The notes beneath the pieces were generated by a model. It was not told the DNA's origin and did not search any database. It saw only the letters and a list, made by a program, of their open reading frames with translations. This document shows positions 59,760 through 64,000 of a stretch of DNA of 64,000 nt, in pieces. Position 1 is the first letter of the stretch. Each line of letters begins with the position of its first letter. The position numbers and the translations under genes are program-made. This DNA is from Chiloscyllium plagiosum (taxonomy: Eukaryota), in NCBI RefSeq assembly GCF_004010195.1, contig NC_057710.1, positions 94,213,728 to 94,277,727 on the forward strand. Direction: 5' to 3'.

Positions 59760-62105
59760 CATTTTAGAGCTAAAGACACATTATCTGCACAAAGCATTTG
59801 TAGCAAAATAGTTGAATTAATTGCACAGAAATAAATGTCTTTGATCTATTATACAGCTATTATCAATACATGGTTACAGAGTGACAAAGGTATAGAACTA
59901 ATTATTCCAATAGAATACATTTTGGTGTAGATAAGAAACAATTTGGGGTAGAAAGCACTAATGGAAATACTTATAGGTGCCCTAGTTGTTTTGTTAGGCA
60001 GAGATTACATTGGGAAATTAGGGGCACACATAATAAGGGTAATACAGTAAGTCTAGTGAATTTAAACTTAGGCTCCAAAAACAAAATTTGCAGCTTCATT
60101 GTGGATGAATAATTCTTGGAATGTATTCAAAATGGTTTTCTAGATTGGTATCTTGTGGAACCAACTAGGGAACAGCTTGTTTTAGATCTGAATTTGTGCA
60201 ATTAATAATCATCTAGTCAAGGGACCTTTAGGGAAGAACTGTTCGAAACATGATATAAAATGATAAATGCTGAAAATGTTTTAGTTGAATTCAAAAAATC
60301 TGAACAAAGCAAACTACGTAGATAGGCAAAGCAAATTGGCCAAGTTAGATTAGAAAATTGGATTAAGAGGGACCATGGTGGATAACGTGTGACAAATCTT
60401 CTTTGTGTTGAAATGTTCATGATTTGTAGTGAATAAACATACAGAATTAAAATTCTGAGTTAATTTGACCACCATAGCCAACATGTTTTGCTAAGAGATT
60501 AATAAACCGGAGGATTGGGTAGACTTTATAGTCCAGTAAAGGTTAGAGTCCAAGAAATTAATGATCATGAGGTAGGGAATTATCTTCATGGCATACAGTG
60601 AAGGCACATAAGGTTTTTGCATATCAAAGGATAGTGTAAGAAATTGCATTTGATGAATTCATAAATGTGATTGGACAATTAAAAACTAACCATAGGGGCA
60701 GGCTGTAGAAATATCCTTACCCTTATCCTTAATGATACAAAAGCACACATCCTAGTGGAAAAGAGAATCCCGAAACATTTACAACTATCTTCAACCTAAG
60801 GTACTGAGTGGATAATGCATCCCAGCTTCCTCCTGAGGTCCTGGCACCACAAATGCATGGTCTTTGGCAAATTTAATTTATTCAGTGTGACATAAAATAG
60901 GCTGAATGAAGTAGATTCAGAAAAAAGCTATTGGCCTTAAAAAAAAATTCTAGTAATTGTATGGAAAACATGTGCCACACCCCAGTCAAGTTGTTCTGGT
61001 ACAGCTAAAGTAGTGACATCAACCTGACAATTTGGAACTTTGCCTCAGTGTGTTTTGCCCACAAAAAAGACCACCTGATCTGGCCAATTACCATTGCATC
61101 AGCTTGCTGTTGATCGTCAGAGTGATGGAAGATGTAGGCAACAGAGGCATTAAGGAGGGTTTTAAAATCTATTAATGATATTTGCATCTGGACTCTAAAA
61201 TTGGTTCATGGTAGAATATCTGCACAGATATGGTCATTTCAATACCTTTTGAGATAAATTGGCCAGACAATGATATCATTTAACATCCAATGAGAGCCAA
61301 ATTAGAATAGTTCCCCAAATGTCATCCTGGATGGTAAGGAATGTACGAGGGCATTTGCACAGCAATAACTTGGTCAATGATATTCATTTTGGATTTCACC
61401 AGGGCCGCTCGGCTCCCAACATTTTTTAGTCTATTTCCAAATGTGAACAAGAGGTGAGAGTGACAGGCCTTGACGTCAAGCCAACATTTGACCTAATATG
61501 GCATCAAGGAGCCAAATTCAAGTCAGTGCAAATCAAAAATAAAACTCTCCACAGGTTGAAGCCCTATCTACCACAAAAGAAAATGGTTGTGATTGTTGGA
61601 AGCCCATCATTTCAGTCCCAGAATATTGCTGCCAGAAGTTTTCAGGACAGTGTTCTCGGTCCAACCATCTTCAACTGATTCAGTGACGTTCTCTGCACCG
61701 TAATGTTCAGATTTTGAAACATTCAAGCTTTTGACAAAATGTTTCTTGTTCCAGTGTTTAGTGTCAATATGGTGGAAGACCTGGACATTATTCAAGCTTG
61801 GGCTGATAAGTGGCAAGTAATGTTCATGACACAAAAATGGAAGGCCATGTCCACAGATATACTATGATAAATGTTCTCAGAATCAGACCCATGGAGCAGA
61901 GAAGGATGAATGATCTCAAAGTGAGATAAATGCAGACACACAACTCAGGAAACAGGGACCATACAGAAAGAGAAACAACTGGGAAACTGAGTTCAGGCCA
62001 AACAATGGGAAATAGGAGTGTTTCAAGAGTTGAGATGAGTAAATGTAGTTGTATTGGTGAAATGTAACAAATTCCATTTCCTTACCATTCAAAGGCATTG
62101 TCATG
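59760..62105 (+). mobile_element. Patchwork of old CR1-clade LINE remnants
   Basis: Endonuclease-like remnant at 59760-60400; RT-like RVTGLDVKPTFDLIWHQGA...QDSVLGPTIFN at 61454-61678. Confidence 0.6.
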
Positions 62106-62571
62106 GCACATCAAAAAAATTCTTTGGTACTTTTGTCCAAGTTTTGATATGGTGATTCAACTTAGCCGTTGTAGAACAATTTCTGTATTTGCCATTATGC
62201 ATAACTGGAGTAAAATGCATGGATCTGATGGAAGTGGAAAATATTTAAACTGTAAAACATAAAACATAAAATTTCAGTCATAGAAAATGTCAAATTGTTT
62301 TCTCAATATTACTTCACTGTTCTTATTGCACTGTGATCATTACATTAAAGTAATAGTATTCAAACTGGCATGCAAACTTTATAAGCAAATCATGGCATCT
62401 TGGACCTATTAATGTTCATTACTTATTTGCTTAGTTGTGCTGTAGATTGGGAAGACTAAACTTCAGAATGCTTTGTACAGAAACATTTTTAGTTAAGTTG
62501 AGTTGCATATTTCATGATCTTGACTTTGCCTCAAGTTAAATTTTGAAACTATCTTTACATTTTAATGTCAG

Positions 62572-62625
62572 GGAAAACCTATATGCCTTCAAGAAGGCTT
62601 AGCAAATGGACAGAAAGACTTTTGG
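62572..62625 (+). CDS. ATP8A1: Candidate 54-nt phase 1-1 exon (G)KTYMPSRRLSKWTERLL
   Basis: Acceptor tttacattttaatgtcag; donor TGG|GTAAGT. Open in the phase left by exon 1. Confidence 0.6.
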
Positions 62626-62718
62626 GTAAGTTATTTTTAGACCTATGTGATTGCATCAGATATTTGACCCAGAGCTGTTTATTGACATGTATGTTTGGTA
62701 TTCTAACTATTTTTGAAG

Positions 62719-62769
62719 AATTATTCAAAAGAAGATGGACTAGTTTAAAAAGCAGACCTACAGAATGTG
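62719..62769 (+). CDS. ATP8A1: Candidate 51-nt phase 1-1 exon (E)LFKRRWTSLKSRPTEC
   Basis: Branch-point-like ttCTAAC at 62701-62707, acceptor tttttgaag, donor GTG|GTAAGT. Only the phase-1 frame is stop-free. Confidence 0.65.
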
Positions 62770-63169
62770 GTAAGTACAAGTTCTGTGATCCAGTATACTG
62801 ATATCCAAGACAGGCAACAACATCCAACTTGTAGTTTCTTGTTTCCATTAAGTGGCAGAAGAAGAATGGGAAATTCCTAATGCATGCAACCCAACCATGA
62901 ATGAAAATTGAAATACTGATCAGATTGTAGAATCTGAAAAAAGGCCCCTTAGTTTGTTCGTAAAAATTGAATTGCCCTTTTTAAAAAAAAAAGTAGATAT
63001 TTATACTTCAGATTCTGGATGAACTATATTGATATTAATGTAATTGGAAAACACATGCTGTATCTTGCTTTGGATCATGTTCTAAATTGTGATGACATTA
63101 TTTTGAGTTAGATTCCTCTTAAAGGGAATATATAAACTTGAAAAATGAAATTGACAGTAGCAGCCTAGT

Positions 63170-64000
63170 TGAGTTTATACAATGATTCTGAGATTGTTTC
63201 AAAGGACAGCAAGTTTTGGAACTGACTAGAGAGCAGGTTATGTTTAAATTGGTATTGTGTAATGTGATAGGATTAATCAAAAGCCTCATTGTAAAGGCAA
63301 TCACGAAGTTTGAACTTTGCATCCAGTTTGACAGGAAAAGATTGAGTCTAAAACCAGTACTTGGAATCAAATTAGGGCAATTATGTGGGAATAAGCTAAT
63401 TGAAGTGAAAAACAAAATAATTCAAAATGGAGGATACACCATCTATGTTAACTAAAGTTGGAGGGTGAGAATGGAGGGTTAATTTAATATAATTAAAATG
63501 ATAGATGAAATGAACAAATATTTTGCTTCTGTCTTCACCATAAAGGATACAAAAAACATTTCTCTACAATTTAAATCAAAAGGTGGAAGGAAATGACAAC
63601 TTTAGTGAAATTTTAATCACTTTGAAAGTGGTTTTAAATAAACTATTGGAGCTGTGAGCTGACCAGTTACTAGATCCAGGTGGACTTCATTCTTGGCTCT
63701 TAAAAAGGATTGTTAATGAGGTAGTAAATGTGTTGGTGGTGTTGTTTCAAAGTTCAGTGAAGGAAAGGTTCCATCAGACTGGAAAGTAGCAAGTATGACT
63801 GCTCCATTCAAGTAGGTTGATAGGCAGAAAACAGGAAACTTCAGGCTACTTAGCTTGATACATATTGCAAGGAAAGTTTTGGAATCAGGTATGGAAGAGG
63901 CTATAGTTGTGTGCTTAGAAAAATTGGAAACAATCGAAAAGCCAGCATGATTTTGTGAAATCATGTCTACCTAATTTATTAGGTTACTTTGAAAAAGTAA
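63170..64000 (+). mobile_element. Old CR1 ORF2 remnant running off the window
   Basis: aaatattttgcttctgtcttcacc, gactggaaagtagc and cagcatga CR1 signatures. Confidence 0.7.

Noticed and set aside
62565-62801. Stand-alone 78-aa single-exon gene
   Set aside because: Better explained as two spliced exons plus an in-frame intron. The ATG lies within the acceptor region.
1-64000. CRISPR arrays, rRNA, prokaryotic operons or defence systems
   Set aside because: No regularly spaced repeat-spacer structure or gene-dense organisation. The sequence is vertebrate repeat-rich DNA.

Overview
Eukaryotic, repeat-rich DNA from a cartilaginous fish. The assignment is inferred from HE1-type SINEs and abundant CR1 LINEs. 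Positions 1-21 kb are intergenic. They hold an antisense CR1 ORF1 (SGNH esterase), a degenerate epsilon-like/class I endogenous retrovirus (~1.0-8.3 kb, interrupted by a MITE, SINEs and Penelope-derived inserts), a nested/tandem CR1 cluster (8.3-15.3 kb) and a Gypsy remnant. A CpG island at ~21.2-21.8 kb contains coding exon 1 of a gene I recognise from memory as ATP8A1 (MPPVRKTVAELRSRAE|G; human MPTMRRTVSEIRSRAE|G). The rest of the window is its very long first intron. It includes two small in-frame phase-1 exons near 62.6-62.8 kb; the canonical exon 2 (GYEKTDD...) was not seen. The most striking unannotated signal is a set of ~100-200 bp, often hairpin-forming, sometimes duplication-flanked non-autonomous elements of at least three families that carry minimal hammerhead-ribozyme motifs. 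Decayed Penelope-like GIY-YIG coding fragments lie nearby. A second highlight is a probable 2H-phosphoesterase remnant between protease and RT in the ERV. All family and gene calls come from motif recognition; no database searches were run, and repeat boundaries without duplications are approximate.
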